NCBI GenBank assembly: GCA_963829525.1
Contig: CAWHIJ010000003.1
Location: 512,001-576,000 of the forward strand
DNA: 64,000 nt
Direction: 5' to 3'
Origin: an uncultured Actinomycetota bacterium
GTDB taxonomy: Bacteria; Actinomycetota; Actinomycetes; JAHEKZ01
Shown here: positions 49,575 to 59,739 of the stretch, one piece after another
Layout: every line of letters starts with the position of its first letter
Numbering within the stretch: position 1 is the stretch's first letter
Position numbers and translations under genes: made by a program
The notes under the pieces: generated by a model
Databases searched by the model: none
Seen by the model: only the letters and a program-made list of their open reading frames with translations
What the model was told of the DNA's origin: nothing

Positions 49575-49609
49575 CGTCGGACCCACCTACGGAGCTAACT
49601 CTCGTAGCG
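49543..49609. repeat. Imperfect inverted repeat CGCTACGAGAG...GCTAACTCTCGTAGCG (REP-like doublet 2)
   Basis: GCTAACTCTCGTAGCG occurs identically at 49196 and 49594. Confidence 0.82.
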
Positions 49610-49733
49610 ACCCGCGCGTGGCGGTGACCCGCTTGACGGTCTGTGCGGGCCGACGCTTGAGATTCGTCGTTGCAACGCATTCGTGTCGTTGCCGGGGATC
49701 GTCAGCGGCATCACGCAGACTGGAACCAGACGC

Positions 49734-49771
49734 AGAAAGGCCCCTCCAACTAGGCATTGGAGGGGCCTTCT
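49734..49771 (-). terminator. Intrinsic terminator hairpin, possibly bidirectional
   Basis: AAGGCCCCTCCAA/TTGGAGGGGCCTT stem flanked by AGAA and TTCT. Confidence 0.85.
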
Positions 49772-50009
49772 GTGGTTCACCCGGAGGTGAACCGTGGACC
49801 GGCCCGAGGGCTGGCCCTGTCGACCCGAGGGTCGACGACCCGGCCGGAGCCGGGCCAGACATCGCTGCGCTTCCCCGCCAGTTGATCCGTCTGGGTCGCC
49901 CCTGCGGTCCAACTGCTCCAGCGGTTACCCGCTGGCCTGATCCGGTGAGTTGCCTCTCCGGATCGATCCTCTGGTTGCCCTTCGGATCGGGTGCGCCTCA
50001 CGGCGTCGT
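49734..50009 (-). ncRNA. Unannotated ~280-nt structured RNA (five GNRA hairpins, four UNCG/CUCG hairpins, terminator)
   Basis: Stable tetraloops occur only on the minus strand; promoter TTGCGC(50045-50040)-N18-TAGAAC(50021-50016); no credible ORF. Confidence 0.72.
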
Positions 50010-50076
50010 GAGAGAGTTCTACGCCCGATCCGCGAGACCGCGCAAGGGTTTCGAGAAGGATTCTCAAGAACTTTCT

Positions 50077-50156
50077 TCACCCACAGATTCGTCCACAGAA
50101 CGCCACGCTTGTGTCCCCAACGCATCCCCAGGGTCGTCCACAGCGCCTGTGAACAA
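50077..50156. promoter_or_regulatory. Cluster of degenerate DnaA-box-like 9-mers
   Basis: TCACCCACA 50077, TCGTCCACA 50089 and 50134, GTGTCCCCA 50111, GCATCCCCA 50122, inverted TGTGAACAA 50148. Confidence 0.45.
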
Positions 50157-50191
50157 GTCCCCGCCGTGCGCTGGCCCGTTGCGGTTCGGGC

Positions 50192-50671
50192 TTACGGCGT
50201 GTAGCGCTTGAAGGAGGCTTCGATCTCTTTCTCAGTCTCCGAGCGGCCTTCCCAGCTGGCGCCTTCGACCGACTTGCCGGGCTCGAGGTCTTTGTAGACC
50301 TCGAAGAAGTGCTGGATCTCGAGCTTGTCGAACTCCGGCATGTGGTGAATGTCGCGTAGGTGTTCCTTGCGAGGGTCACGGGCGGGGACACAGATGATCT
50401 TGTCGTCGCCACCGGCCTCGTCGGTCATTCGGAACATCCCGATGGCCCGGCACATGATCACGCAGCCGGGGAACGTTGGCTCGTCAAGCAGGACCAGGGC
50501 GTCCAGGGGGTCGCCGTCGAGGCCGAGGGTGTTCTCGATGAAGCCGTAGTCGGCTGGGTACCGCGTCGAGGTGAAGAGCATCCGGTCGAGGCGGATGCGG
50601 CCGGTCTTCTTGTCGAGCTCGTACTTGTTGCGATTGCCCTGTGGGATCTCGATGAAGACGTCGAACTCCAC
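50192..50671 (-). CDS. ppa: Soluble inorganic pyrophosphatase
   Basis: [31 protein letters not shown]. Confidence 0.97.
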   Translation of the reverse strand: MEFDVFIEIPQGNRNKYELDKKTGRIRLDRMLFTSTRYPADYGFIENTLGLDGDPLDALVLLDEPTFPGCVIMCRAIGMFRMTDEAGGDDKIICVPARDPRKEHLRDIHHMPEFDKLEIQHFFEVYKDLEPGKSVEGASWEGRSETEKEIEASFKRYTP

Positions 50672-50771
50672 GACGGTCCCTTCTGGATGGTTCGTTGCGG
50701 TGGCTTAGGGTCGCTTTTGCGCGACGCTTCAGTGTCCCGCACGACTACATAACCGCCACGAGGGGGTCCGG

Positions 50772-52145
50772 ATGCCGCGAGCCCGCTGGTGGGCGATCGG
50801 CGCCCTGTCCGTGGTCACCCTTCTGGTCGTGCTGCTCGATGTCACAGGGGTCATTTTCACCGAGGAGGCGCCGCCGCTCCCGCCTCCTGCAGTCGTCGTC
50901 CCCACGCTGGCGGACGCCGCCGATGCGGTACCCGCCGCGGTGGAGCCGGGACCTGTCGCTGCCGACCCTCGGGTGGTGCGCGCCGTCGAGCGAGCGTTGG
51001 AGTCTGATGCGCTGGGTACCTCGGTCCATGGCTCGGTGGCCCCGCTGGCTGGGCCGGCTGCTGCTTGGATCGACGTGGACGGTTCCGGGCAGGCCACACC
51101 CGCGTCCACACTCAAGCTTTGGACCGCTACGGCGGTGCTCGACGCCTACGAGCCGCACAGTCGGTTGGAGACGTCAGTTCTGTGGGACCCCGTTGACGAG
51201 CGTCTTGTGCTGGTCGGTGGGGGAGATGCCACTCTCACGACTGGTCCCGACCGTGCTGCAGACACCGCATCGCTGGCTGAGCTCGCCAAAGCCACGGTTC
51301 GAGTCCTGCGTCGCGAAGGTGTCACGTCCGTGCGGCTGGGATATGACGACGGGCTCTTCTCCGGCCCCGCGGTTTCGCCGGCGTGGGAGCCCACTTACGT
51401 CACCTCGGGTGTGATCGCGCCTGTCACTTCGTTGATGGCCGATCAGGGCAGAGTCACCCCCGATGGTGTCGCCCGGCTGCCCGACCCGGCGTCGGGCGCT
51501 GCTGAGAGCTTTGGGGCGTTGCTCGAAAGGGGTGGTGTCGCCATTCGGGGTGCGGTCAATCAGGTGGCATCCTCGAGCAGCGAACCGATCGCATCGGTGG
51601 TCTCGCCCCCCATGAACGACCTGGTCGAACGCATGCTGCGAGACAGTGACAACCAGCTCGCCGAGTCACTGGGTCGGATGGCGGCACTGGCGCAGGGCGA
51701 GCCGGGAAGCTTCGCCGGAGCGGTACGGGCACTTGAGCAGGCGGCTGCAGATCAGGGAGTCGATCTCGGCGCCTCCGACCTCTTTGACGCCAGCGGGCTC
51801 TCCCGCGAGGACACCTTGCCGCCCGAGTCGCTGGTCGAGGCCCTTCAATCAGCCAGTGCGGAGCCACAGCTGGCATCGATCCTCTCGGGCCTGGCCGTTG
51901 CCGGCTTTGACGGAACGCTGGCCGACCGATTCGTGCTGGGAGAGGCCGCCCAAGGAGCCGGCGTCGTACGCGCCAAGACCGGCACTCTCACCGGAATCTC
52001 AGCCGAAGCCGGTCTCGTGACCACGTGTGACGGCGGCCTTGTGGCGTACGCATTCATCGCTGACGAGGTCGTCGACACCGAGGCGGCCCGGGCTGCACTT
52101 GATGACGCTGCGGCGATCTTGGCCTCGTGCCGTGGGCAGCGCTGA
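50772..52145 (+). CDS. dacB: D-Ala-D-Ala carboxypeptidase/endopeptidase (PBP4, S13)
   Basis: PASTLK, SDN, AKTGTL. Confidence 0.92.
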   Translation: MPRARWWAIGALSVVTLLVVLLDVTGVIFTEEAPPLPPPAVVVPTLADAADAVPAAVEPGPVAADPRVVRAVERALESDALGTSVHGSVAPLAGPAAAWIDVDGSGQATPASTLKLWTATAVLDAYEPHSRLETSVLWDPVDERLVLVGGGDATLTTGPDRAADTASLAELAKATVRVLRREGVTSVRLGYDDGLFSGPAVSPAWEPTYVTSGVIAPVTSLMADQGRVTPDGVARLPDPASGAAESFGALLERGGVAIRGAVNQVASSSSEPIASVVSPPMNDLVERMLRDSDNQLAESLGRMAALAQGEPGSFAGAVRALEQAAADQGVDLGASDLFDASGLSREDTLPPESLVEALQSASAEPQLASILSGLAVAGFDGTLADRFVLGEAAQGAGVVRAKTGTLTGISAEAGLVTTCDGGLVAYAFIADEVVDTEAARAALDDAAAILASCRGQR

Positions 52146-52167
52146 TGGCGCCCCGTACGGTAGAGCG

Positions 52168-53214
52168 ATGACTGAAGCATCCGCCGTCGACTGGGGTTTG
52201 GCGCGCACGGTTGCGCGCCGGGTGGGCGGCAACGGCCCGACGATCGGCCGCGAGGGTGCGCGGCAGGCTGTCGCAGAGCTGCGTTCGGGTGCCGAGCTTG
52301 CGGTAGATGTGGTGCGCGACCTCACTGGCTTGCACGCCGACGCGGCCCCCGACTCTGTGCGTGTGGTTGACCGCCCTCGTTGGGTCGATGCCAATGCAGC
52401 CTCGTTCGCGACCGTGCTTGAGCCACTGACACAGCGTTTGCGTCGTGATACCGCCGTCGGCGCCGTTGGCTCACGATTGGCCGGCGCTGAGATTGGTGCT
52501 GCCTTGGGATTCTTGTCGTCGCGCGTGCTCGGGCAGTACGAGCTCTTCACCGCGCCGGCCGCCGAACCCTCGCTGCTGCTCGTCGCGCCCAACATCGTCG
52601 ATGTAGAGCAGCGTCTGGGCGTGAACGGGTCTGACTTTCGCCTCTGGGTGTGTCTGCACGAAGAGACGCATCGCGTGCAGTTCACCGCAGTCCAATGGCT
52701 GGGGCCGTGGCTGCGCGAACAGATCCTCACTTCCCTGGATGGTCTGACGGACGAACCGGGTGATCTCGGGAAGCGGCTGCAGCAAGTCTTGGCAGCGGTG
52801 ATCGGCGCCTTGCGTGGGCTCGACGTCGTGAAGGCACTTGAGGAGCAGATGTCGGACGAAGACCGCGAGACTCTTGGGCGCCTCACCGCTGTCATGTCGC
52901 TGCTCGAAGGTCACGCGGACGTGATGATGGACGCCGTTGGTACAGATGTGATCCCCTCCGTCGAGGTTCTGCGACTCCGAGTGTCTGAGCGCCGCTCGAA
53001 CCCCAAGGCAACGGAAGCCTTCGTACGCCGGCTTCTGGGAATGGAGGCGAAGCTTGCGCAGTATCGGGACGGCGCTGCCTTCGTGCGGTCCGTGGTCGAC
53101 GACGTTGGCATGGACGGGTTCAATCTCATCTGGCAGTCGCCTGACCACTTGCCAACCCGAGACGAGCTGCATGCACCACATGACTGGGTCGCCCGGGTCG
53201 CGACAGCGTCATGA
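52168..53214 (+). CDS. Zinc-dependent metalloprotease (Rv3626c-like)
   Basis: LHEETHRVQF, EGHAD; TACGGT -10 box, leaderless ATG. Confidence 0.88.
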   Translation: MTEASAVDWGLARTVARRVGGNGPTIGREGARQAVAELRSGAELAVDVVRDLTGLHADAAPDSVRVVDRPRWVDANAASFATVLEPLTQRLRRDTAVGAVGSRLAGAEIGAALGFLSSRVLGQYELFTAPAAEPSLLLVAPNIVDVEQRLGVNGSDFRLWVCLHEETHRVQFTAVQWLGPWLREQILTSLDGLTDEPGDLGKRLQQVLAAVIGALRGLDVVKALEEQMSDEDRETLGRLTAVMSLLEGHADVMMDAVGTDVIPSVEVLRLRVSERRSNPKATEAFVRRLLGMEAKLAQYRDGAAFVRSVVDDVGMDGFNLIWQSPDHLPTRDELHAPHDWVARVATAS

Positions 53215-54215
53215 GCGGGCCGCACCCGGCAGTCGCGCAGGTGCGACGTGCGGTGCGTGCAGCGCTGGCTGACATCGCCCCAGGTTCGTATGTGCTTGTT
53301 GCCGCCAGCGGCGGCGCAGACTCCATGGCATTGGCCGCGGCTACCACCTTCGAGTCGGGTTCGGGCGGATGGCGATGTGCGGCGGTAGTGGTTGACCATC
53401 AACTGCAAATGGAGTCGGGAGTGGTTGCGCGGCGGACCGCCGAAGTACTGACCGGACTGGGCTTCGAAACCGTTCGCGTCGAAGCTGTCCAGGTCGGGTC
53501 GCACGGTGGCCCCGAGGCCGCTGCACGCGCGGCGCGATATGCGGCGATCGATACGGCAGCTGATGAGCTCGATGCCGCTGCGGTACTTCTCGGGCATACC
53601 CGTGACGACCAGGCTGAATCGGTTCTGCTCGGGCTGACTCGCGGTTCTGGAGCGCGATCTATCAGTGGCATGGCACCCCTGCGGGGGCGTTACCGCCGTC
53701 CGCTGCTCGACGTCGACCGGGCGACGACGCGGGCAGCCTGTGGCGCCGAAGGGGTCGAGGTGTGGGATGACCCCCACAACGACGATCGCGCATTCACCCG
53801 GGTGCGGTTGCGTCATCAGGTGATGCCAGTCCTCGAGCGGGAGCTGGGTCCTGGTGTCTCTGTTTCCCTCGCGCGCACTGCTGAGCTGCTGCGCGAGGAC
53901 GACGCCGCGCTTGAACAGTGGGCTGACGAGGTGAGGGCTGCAGCGCGGTGTACAGACGACGAGGGCAAGGATGCTCTTGATGTGGAGGTGCTCGTCCGAG
54001 CCCCCGCGGCGGTACGGCGACGGGTCCTCCGCGCCGAGGCGCTCGACTCTGGTGTGTCAGGGGGAGACCTTCGGGCGTCCCAGCTGTCCGATATCGACGC
54101 GTTGGTGACCCGGTGGAAGGGGCAGGGCGCGGTCCACCTGCCGGGCGGTGTCCGCGCCACCCGAGACTGTGGCAGGCTCCAACTCGCGCCGCAGCAAGCG
54201 GCCGAGCGCCGGTAG
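53211..54215 (+). CDS. tilS: tRNA(Ile)-lysidine synthetase
   Basis: SGGADS, GHTRDDQAE, RPLL, DPHN. Confidence 0.95.
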   Translation: MSGPHPAVAQVRRAVRAALADIAPGSYVLVAASGGADSMALAAATTFESGSGGWRCAAVVVDHQLQMESGVVARRTAEVLTGLGFETVRVEAVQVGSHGGPEAAARAARYAAIDTAADELDAAAVLLGHTRDDQAESVLLGLTRGSGARSISGMAPLRGRYRRPLLDVDRATTRAACGAEGVEVWDDPHNDDRAFTRVRLRHQVMPVLERELGPGVSVSLARTAELLREDDAALEQWADEVRAAARCTDDEGKDALDVEVLVRAPAAVRRRVLRAEALDSGVSGGDLRASQLSDIDALVTRWKGQGAVHLPGGVRATRDCGRLQLAPQQAAERR

Positions 54216-54230
54216 CGGGAAGGCGGCACC

Positions 54231-54809
54231 GTGGATGCCAACGACATGGGCGACGATCTCGCCGCTGTGCTGGTCGACGCCGACCGGATCCAGGTTCGGC
54301 TGCGCGAGCTGGCGGCGGAGATCGATCGCGACTACGCGGGGCGTGAACTGCTGCTTGTCGGCGTTCTGAAGGGAGCCGTGATGGTCATGGCCGACCTTGC
54401 CAGAGCGCTGCACACGCCGGTCGAGATGGACTGGATGGCGGTGTCCTCGTACGGGTCCGGCACCCGCTCGAGCGGTGTTGTGCGCATCATCAAGGATCTC
54501 GATGCCGATCTCACCGACCGGCATGTGCTCGTGGTCGAGGACATTGTGGACTCCGGCCTGACGCTGTCCTGGTTGCTGCGCAACCTCTCCTCACGCGGCC
54601 CAGCATCCCTCGAGGTCTGCACGCTTCTGCGTAAGCCGGACGCTCAGAAAGGTCAACGAGGCAAGGGAGGGCCAACGCCGGTGAAGTATGTAGGTTTCGA
54701 CATACCCCCAGAGTTCGTGGTGGGCTACGGGCTCGACTACGCCGAGAAGTACCGGTCGCTGCCATTCGTCGGCAGCCTCGCTCGCCATGTGTACCGCCCC
54801 GGAGGCTGA
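54231..54809 (+). CDS. hpt: Hypoxanthine phosphoribosyltransferase
   Basis: [23 protein letters not shown]. Confidence 0.97.
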   Translation: MDANDMGDDLAAVLVDADRIQVRLRELAAEIDRDYAGRELLLVGVLKGAVMVMADLARALHTPVEMDWMAVSSYGSGTRSSGVVRIIKDLDADLTDRHVLVVEDIVDSGLTLSWLLRNLSSRGPASLEVCTLLRKPDAQKGQRGKGGPTPVKYVGFDIPPEFVVGYGLDYAEKYRSLPFVGSLARHVYRPGG

Positions 54810-54933
54810 TCGCTGGCGGCGAACGCGGGGCCATCTGGCCTTCCTGTGGGCGCGCACTCAAGTGCGGCGGTGTACCGTCGAACTCCCAAGTCTTCCCCGG
54901 TAGCAGGAGGTCCAGGGCGCCTGCGCCCCCGCC

Positions 54934-56934
54934 ATGAACATCAAGCGTATCGTCCGCGGCCCGATTTTCTGGATCGTTGTGGTCGTCATGCTGGCCCTTG
55001 TCCTCGCCCAGGTGATGACTGCTGCCGGCGGCTACGAGAAGAAAGACACCTCAACGGTGATCGCCGCGATCCAGGACGGCGATGCTGCGCAGGTCACGCT
55101 GATCGACCTCGACCAGGAGGTCCGCGTCGAGCTGGCCAACGGCGACAAGATCAAGGCCAACTACATCGCCCAGCAGGGAGACCTGCTCGCTAAATTGGTG
55201 CAGGATGTGCCACCGCCCGACGGTCAGATCTCTGAGGTGCCGGCGCAGGGTTGGTTGGTGACACTGCTCTTCACCTTCGGTCCGATCATCTTGATCCTGG
55301 GGCTGCTGTTCTTCTTCATGACGCAGATGCAGGGCGGTGGCTCGAGAGTCATGAACTTCGGCAAGTCCAAGGCAAAGATGGTCAACAAGGACATGCCCAA
55401 GACCACCTTCAGCGATGTGGCCGGGGCCGACGAGGCCGTCGAGGAGCTCGAGGAGATCAAAGAGTTCCTGCAAGATCCGGCGAAGTTCCAGGCGGTTGGA
55501 GCCAAGATTCCCAAGGGGGTCCTTCTATATGGCCCGCCCGGGACCGGCAAGACGTTGCTGGCTCGCGCGGTTGCAGGGGAGGCGGGAGTTCCCTTCTACT
55601 CGATCTCCGGATCGGACTTCGTCGAGATGTTCGTTGGGGTGGGTGCCTCGCGCGTCCGGGACCTCTTTGAACAGGCTAAAGCCAACGCCCCCGCCATCGT
55701 CTTCGTCGACGAGATTGACGCGGTCGGGCGCCACCGCGGTGCTGGACTTGGTGGTGGCCACGATGAGCGGGAACAGACACTGAACCAGCTGCTCGTCGAG
55801 ATGGATGGGTTCGACGTCCAGGGCGGCGTCATCTTGATCGCCGCCACCAACCGCCCCGACATCCTCGACCCGGCGCTTCTGCGTCCAGGGCGGTTCGATC
55901 GTCAGATCGCCGTTGAGCGCCCCGACCTCGCCGGGCGCCAGCAGATCCTCGAAGTCCACGCCAAGGGCAAGCCGCTGGCTGAGGGCGTCGATCTCGTAGC
56001 CGTCGCGCGACGAACGCCTGGCTTCACCGGGGCTGACCTCGCCAACGTGCTCAACGAGGCGGCGTTGTTGACCGCGCGCGTTGGCAAGACGCTGGTCGAT
56101 GACGATGCACTCGATGAGGCGATTGACCGAGTTGTTGCTGGCCCGCAGAAGCGCACCCGCCTGATGAACGAGAAGGAAACGAAGATCACCGCCTACCACG
56201 AAGGTGGGCACGCACTGGTGGCGGCGGCTTTGAACAACACCGACCCGGTGCACAAGGTGACAATTCTTCCCCGTGGACGTGCCCTCGGCTACACGATGGT
56301 CCTCCCCACGGAAGACAAGTACTCCACCACAAGAAACGAGATGCTCGACAAGCTTGCCTACATGCTCGGTGGGCGCGCGGCCGAAGAGATGGTCTTCCAC
56401 GACCCGACCACGGGCGCGTCGAACGACATCGAGAAGGCCACACAGCTGGCCCGAGCGATGGTCATGCAGTACGGAATGAGTGACAAGGTGGGGGCCGTTC
56501 GCCTCGGTGAAGGTGAAGGCGAGATCTTCCTTGGGCGAGACATGGGTCACAAGCGTGACTACTCCGAGCAGATGGCCGAAGTGATCGACGGTGAGGTGCG
56601 CACGTTCCTCGAGACTGCGCACCAAGAGGCGTACGAGATCCTCAGTGAGAACCGCGACGTGCTCGACCGACTGGTTGTCGAGCTTCTCGACCGTGAGACT
56701 TTGGACCAGAGTGAGGTGGCAGAGATCTTCAGCGACCTCCACAAGCGTGACTACCGCGAGGTCTGGCTCTCGTCGACAGATCGTCCGGTGTCCGACCGTG
56801 GACCGGTGCGAAGCCGTAAGGAACTTGCCGGCGAGAACGGCCATGGTGCAGTGGGTTCGCCAAATGGCTCGACCGCTGGCGATGTCCCGGCGTCCGGTGG
56901 AATCGTGGGCGGCCAGTCCGAGTCGGACGGGTAG
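54934..56934 (+). CDS. ftsH: ATP-dependent zinc metalloprotease FtsH
   Basis: Two TM helices; [23 protein letters not shown]. Confidence 0.98.
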   Translation: MNIKRIVRGPIFWIVVVVMLALVLAQVMTAAGGYEKKDTSTVIAAIQDGDAAQVTLIDLDQEVRVELANGDKIKANYIAQQGDLLAKLVQDVPPPDGQISEVPAQGWLVTLLFTFGPIILILGLLFFFMTQMQGGGSRVMNFGKSKAKMVNKDMPKTTFSDVAGADEAVEELEEIKEFLQDPAKFQAVGAKIPKGVLLYGPPGTGKTLLARAVAGEAGVPFYSISGSDFVEMFVGVGASRVRDLFEQAKANAPAIVFVDEIDAVGRHRGAGLGGGHDEREQTLNQLLVEMDGFDVQGGVILIAATNRPDILDPALLRPGRFDRQIAVERPDLAGRQQILEVHAKGKPLAEGVDLVAVARRTPGFTGADLANVLNEAALLTARVGKTLVDDDALDEAIDRVVAGPQKRTRLMNEKETKITAYHEGGHALVAAALNNTDPVHKVTILPRGRALGYTMVLPTEDKYSTTRNEMLDKLAYMLGGRAAEEMVFHDPTTGASNDIEKATQLARAMVMQYGMSDKVGAVRLGEGEGEIFLGRDMGHKRDYSEQMAEVIDGEVRTFLETAHQEAYEILSENRDVLDRLVVELLDRETLDQSEVAEIFSDLHKRDYREVWLSSTDRPVSDRGPVRSRKELAGENGHGAVGSPNGSTAGDVPASGGIVGGQSESDG

Positions 56935-56939
56935 GCGTC

Positions 56940-57551
56940 GTGGTCGATCCCATCGCGTTGTCCAGTGACGACGTGAGCGCGTTGCCTTTCGACCATGAGC
57001 GGGCCGCTGCTGCGATCCGCGAGCTGCTGTTTGCGATCGGTGAGAACCCTGAGCGTGAGGGGCTCCGGCAGACTCCGGATCGAGTGGCCAGGATGTATGC
57101 CGAGACCCTGGCCGGGTTGCGGCTCCGCGCTGAAGATGTCCTCACCACCACGTTCGACCTCGGCCATGACGAGATGGTGCTCGTCAAGGACATCGAGGTC
57201 TACTCACTCTGCGAGCACCACCTCGTGCCGTTCCACGGTGTGGCGCACGTCGGCTACATCCCGAGTGAGCAGGGCCACATCACGGGGCTGTCGAAGCTTG
57301 CGCGGCTCGTCGATGTCTTCGCCAAACGTCCGCAGGTGCAGGAACGTCTCACCACCCAGATCGCTGATTCGTTGCTCGAGATCCTCGAACCACAGGGCGT
57401 GATCGTGGTGCTTGAGTGCGAGCACCTTTGCATGTCGATGCGCGGCGTCCGCAAGCCGGGGGCGCGCACCGTCACCTCAGCAGTGCGCGGTCAGCTACGT
57501 GACACCGCCACCCGTGCAGAGGCGATGAGCCTCATCCTCGACTCTCGTTGA
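56940..57551 (+). CDS. folE: GTP cyclohydrolase I
   Basis: [30 protein letters not shown]. Confidence 0.97.
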   Translation: MVDPIALSSDDVSALPFDHERAAAAIRELLFAIGENPEREGLRQTPDRVARMYAETLAGLRLRAEDVLTTTFDLGHDEMVLVKDIEVYSLCEHHLVPFHGVAHVGYIPSEQGHITGLSKLARLVDVFAKRPQVQERLTTQIADSLLEILEPQGVIVVLECEHLCMSMRGVRKPGARTVTSAVRGQLRDTATRAEAMSLILDSR

Positions 57552-57591
57552 GGTCGGACACCGCTACCGGCGAGTCCTCTAGGCTCACAGA

Positions 57592-58458
57592 GTGCTCTCC
57601 CGTCCCGTCCCCGCCGGGCTGCCGCCATCGCTGGCTTCAGTTGGTCGCACGGTCGTGATGGCTGTCCTCAACGTGACGCCCGACTCTTTCTCTGACGGAG
57701 GTAGGTTTCTCAACTCCGATCGGGCCATCGAGCGAGGAATGCGCCAGGTCAAGTTGGGCGCGGACTTGATCGATGTCGGAGGGGAGTCGACTAGACCTGG
57801 CGCCAAGCGGATCTCAGAGGCAGAGGAGCTCAGCCGAGTAATTCCCGTCATCGAGACATTGGCTGGTGATGGAGTCTTCGTCTCGATCGACACCATGCGC
57901 GCCGGGGTAGCTCGTGCTGCGGTTGCCGCTGGGGCCATCCTGGTCAATGACGTCTCGGGGGGACTTGCGGACGACGCCATGCTGCCGTTCGTCGCCGAGG
58001 CTGGTGTCCCCGTCGTCCTGATGCACTGGAGGGGTCACAGTGACCAGATGCACTCAAGGGCCGAGTACCCAGGCGGGGTCGTTCGCGAGGTTGTCGACGA
58101 GCTCGTGGCGCGGCTGGCGGCGGCCGTTCAAGCGGGCGTGCCGGCCGATCGCGTCGTGCTGGACCCAGGACTCGGCTTCGCGAAAGAAGGAGAGCACAAC
58201 TGGGCGCTGCTGGGCTCGCTCGAGAGCCTGATCGAGTTGGGTCAGCCGGTGCTCGTTGGTGCCTCCCGGAAGAGGTTCCTCGGCGAGCTGCTCGGTGACG
58301 AGGACGGTCCTCGACCCTTGGACGAACGCGATGATGCAACGCTGGCAATCACCGCCCTGCTTGCGGCGGCTGGCGCCTGGTGTGTTCGCGTGCACGATGC
58401 GCGTGGCAACGTGGATGCGGTGCGAGTCGCTCAGGCGTGGGAAGCGGGTCAAGCGTGA
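57592..58458 (+). CDS. folP: Dihydropteroate synthase
   Basis: NVTPDSFSDGG, GGESTRPG, DPGLGF, SRKRF. Confidence 0.97.
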   Translation: MLSRPVPAGLPPSLASVGRTVVMAVLNVTPDSFSDGGRFLNSDRAIERGMRQVKLGADLIDVGGESTRPGAKRISEAEELSRVIPVIETLAGDGVFVSIDTMRAGVARAAVAAGAILVNDVSGGLADDAMLPFVAEAGVPVVLMHWRGHSDQMHSRAEYPGGVVREVVDELVARLAAAVQAGVPADRVVLDPGLGFAKEGEHNWALLGSLESLIELGQPVLVGASRKRFLGELLGDEDGPRPLDERDDATLAITALLAAAGAWCVRVHDARGNVDAVRVAQAWEAGQA

Positions 58459-58883
58459 GTAACGATGTGGTTGGAGTTGAGGCGGCCAACGAAGAGCTTT
58501 ACGCGGCCTTCGAGGCGGGAGACCTCGACCGGATGACCGCGCTATGGGTAGGCGGACCCGATGGCGCCATGGCCAAGTGCATTCACCCAGGAGGGGCAAT
58601 CATCCGGGGTGCCGATGCGGTGCTGAGATCGTGGGCGCTGATCATGGCGAATGCCGACGACATGCAGTTCATCGTTACCGATGTCGAGTGCCTGGTGCAG
58701 GATGCAGTGGCCACGGTCAACTGCACCGAGATCATCATTCGGCCTGGCGACGGGAGAGACCCGTTCACCTCGAGCCACGCCGTTGCCACGAACGCCTTTA
58801 TCCGCGTCAACGACCAGTGGCGCATGTGGCTGCATCATGCGTCGCCTGTCATGGTTGACTCGGGACCAGGTGAGGACACATGA
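58455..58883 (+). CDS. NTF2/SnoaL-like protein
   Basis: ANEELYAAFEAGD, CIHPG, ATNAF, HHASP. Confidence 0.85.
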   Translation: MSNDVVGVEAANEELYAAFEAGDLDRMTALWVGGPDGAMAKCIHPGGAIIRGADAVLRSWALIMANADDMQFIVTDVECLVQDAVATVNCTEIIIRPGDGRDPFTSSHAVATNAFIRVNDQWRMWLHHASPVMVDSGPGEDT

Positions 58884-59242
58884 GCCCGGACCGCATCGTC
58901 GTGCGGGGTATCGAGGCGTATGGCTACCACGGTGTCCTTCCCGAAGAGCGTCGTCAGGGGCAGCCGTTTGTCATCGACCTCGAGGTGTGCACCGACATGT
59001 CGGAGGCTGCTGGGTCTGACGATCTCGCGAAGACGATTGACTACGCGGCCCTGGCGAATGAAGCGGCGACCATCGTTCGGGGTGCGCCCAGAGACTTGAT
59101 CGAGACGGTGGCGGTCGAGATCGCCGAGCGAGTGCTGGCCCGTCAGCGAGTCATCTCTGTGCAGGTGACAGTGCACAAGCCCCAGGCCCCGGTAGGCGTC
59201 CCCTTCGCCGATGTCGCTGTCACGGTGGAGCGATTCAAGTGA
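58880..59242 (+). CDS. folB: Dihydroneopterin aldolase
   Basis: YHGV..EERRQGQPF, TIDY, LIE, HKPQAP. Confidence 0.96.
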   Translation: MSPDRIVVRGIEAYGYHGVLPEERRQGQPFVIDLEVCTDMSEAAGSDDLAKTIDYAALANEAATIVRGAPRDLIETVAVEIAERVLARQRVISVQVTVHKPQAPVGVPFADVAVTVERFK

Positions 59243-59739
59243 CTGCTCCCGTGCGCGCAGCGTTTGGACTCGGGTCAAACCTCGGTGACCGTCGCGCCCA
59301 TCTGCAGACGGCGATTGAGACTCTCCGCTCCGCACCCCAGATTGTCGTGCTCAAGGTGTCACCTTTTGTGGAGACCGACCCTGTGGGTGGACCCGAGCAG
59401 CCGGACTTCTTGAATGCAGTCGTCGTCGTCGATACGACCCTGCCACCTGCAGCGTTGCTTGATCTGGCGCATCAGTGCGAAAGTGCCGCCCATCGTGAGC
59501 GTGTCGAGCGTTGGGGCCCGAGAACCTTGGACGTGGATGTTCTGGCATACGGCGAACTGGTGTCCAACGACCCCAAGCTGACACTGCCTCATCCCCGGGC
59601 CACCGAGCGCGCCTTCGTCCTGGTGCCTTGGGCGGCCGTCGATCCTGAGTTCTTTGTCTCTGGTCGTTCGGTGGCTGAATGGGTCGTTGCCGTCGATACC
59701 AGCGTTGTCCGGCCGTTTGTGCTGGAGGGGGACGTCTGA
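59239..59739 (+). CDS. folK: HPPK (7,8-dihydro-6-hydroxymethylpterin pyrophosphokinase)
   Basis: GLGSNLG, FLNAV, WGPRTLDVD, LPHP. Confidence 0.96.
   Translation: MTAPVRAAFGLGSNLGDRRAHLQTAIETLRSAPQIVVLKVSPFVETDPVGGPEQPDFLNAVVVVDTTLPPAALLDLAHQCESAAHRERVERWGPRTLDVDVLAYGELVSNDPKLTLPHPRATERAFVLVPWAAVDPEFFVSGRSVAEWVVAVDTSVVRPFVLEGDV

Noticed and set aside
49190-49610. c-di-AMP (ydaO) riboswitch suggested by GCTAACTCTCGTAGCG
   Set aside because: The upstream GAATCC/GGGGGAACC/GGGGTGAATC elements are missing; the motif is better explained as one arm of an inverted repeat.
27855-50190. tRNA-integrated prophage or ICE
   Set aside because: No integrase, phage or conjugation genes, and no duplicated tRNA 3' end seen; treated as a variable accessory region.
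49288-50211. 307-aa ORF spanning the intergenic region
   Set aside because: Low-complexity R/S/P/G composition with no motifs; crosses a terminator and structured RNA; typical GC-rich shadow ORF.
4078-56844. Long antisense or alternative-frame ORFs (e.g. 4078-5445, 19000-19983, 33323-34273, 55525-56844)
   Set aside because: They overlap well-supported genes and arise from stop-codon scarcity in high-GC DNA.
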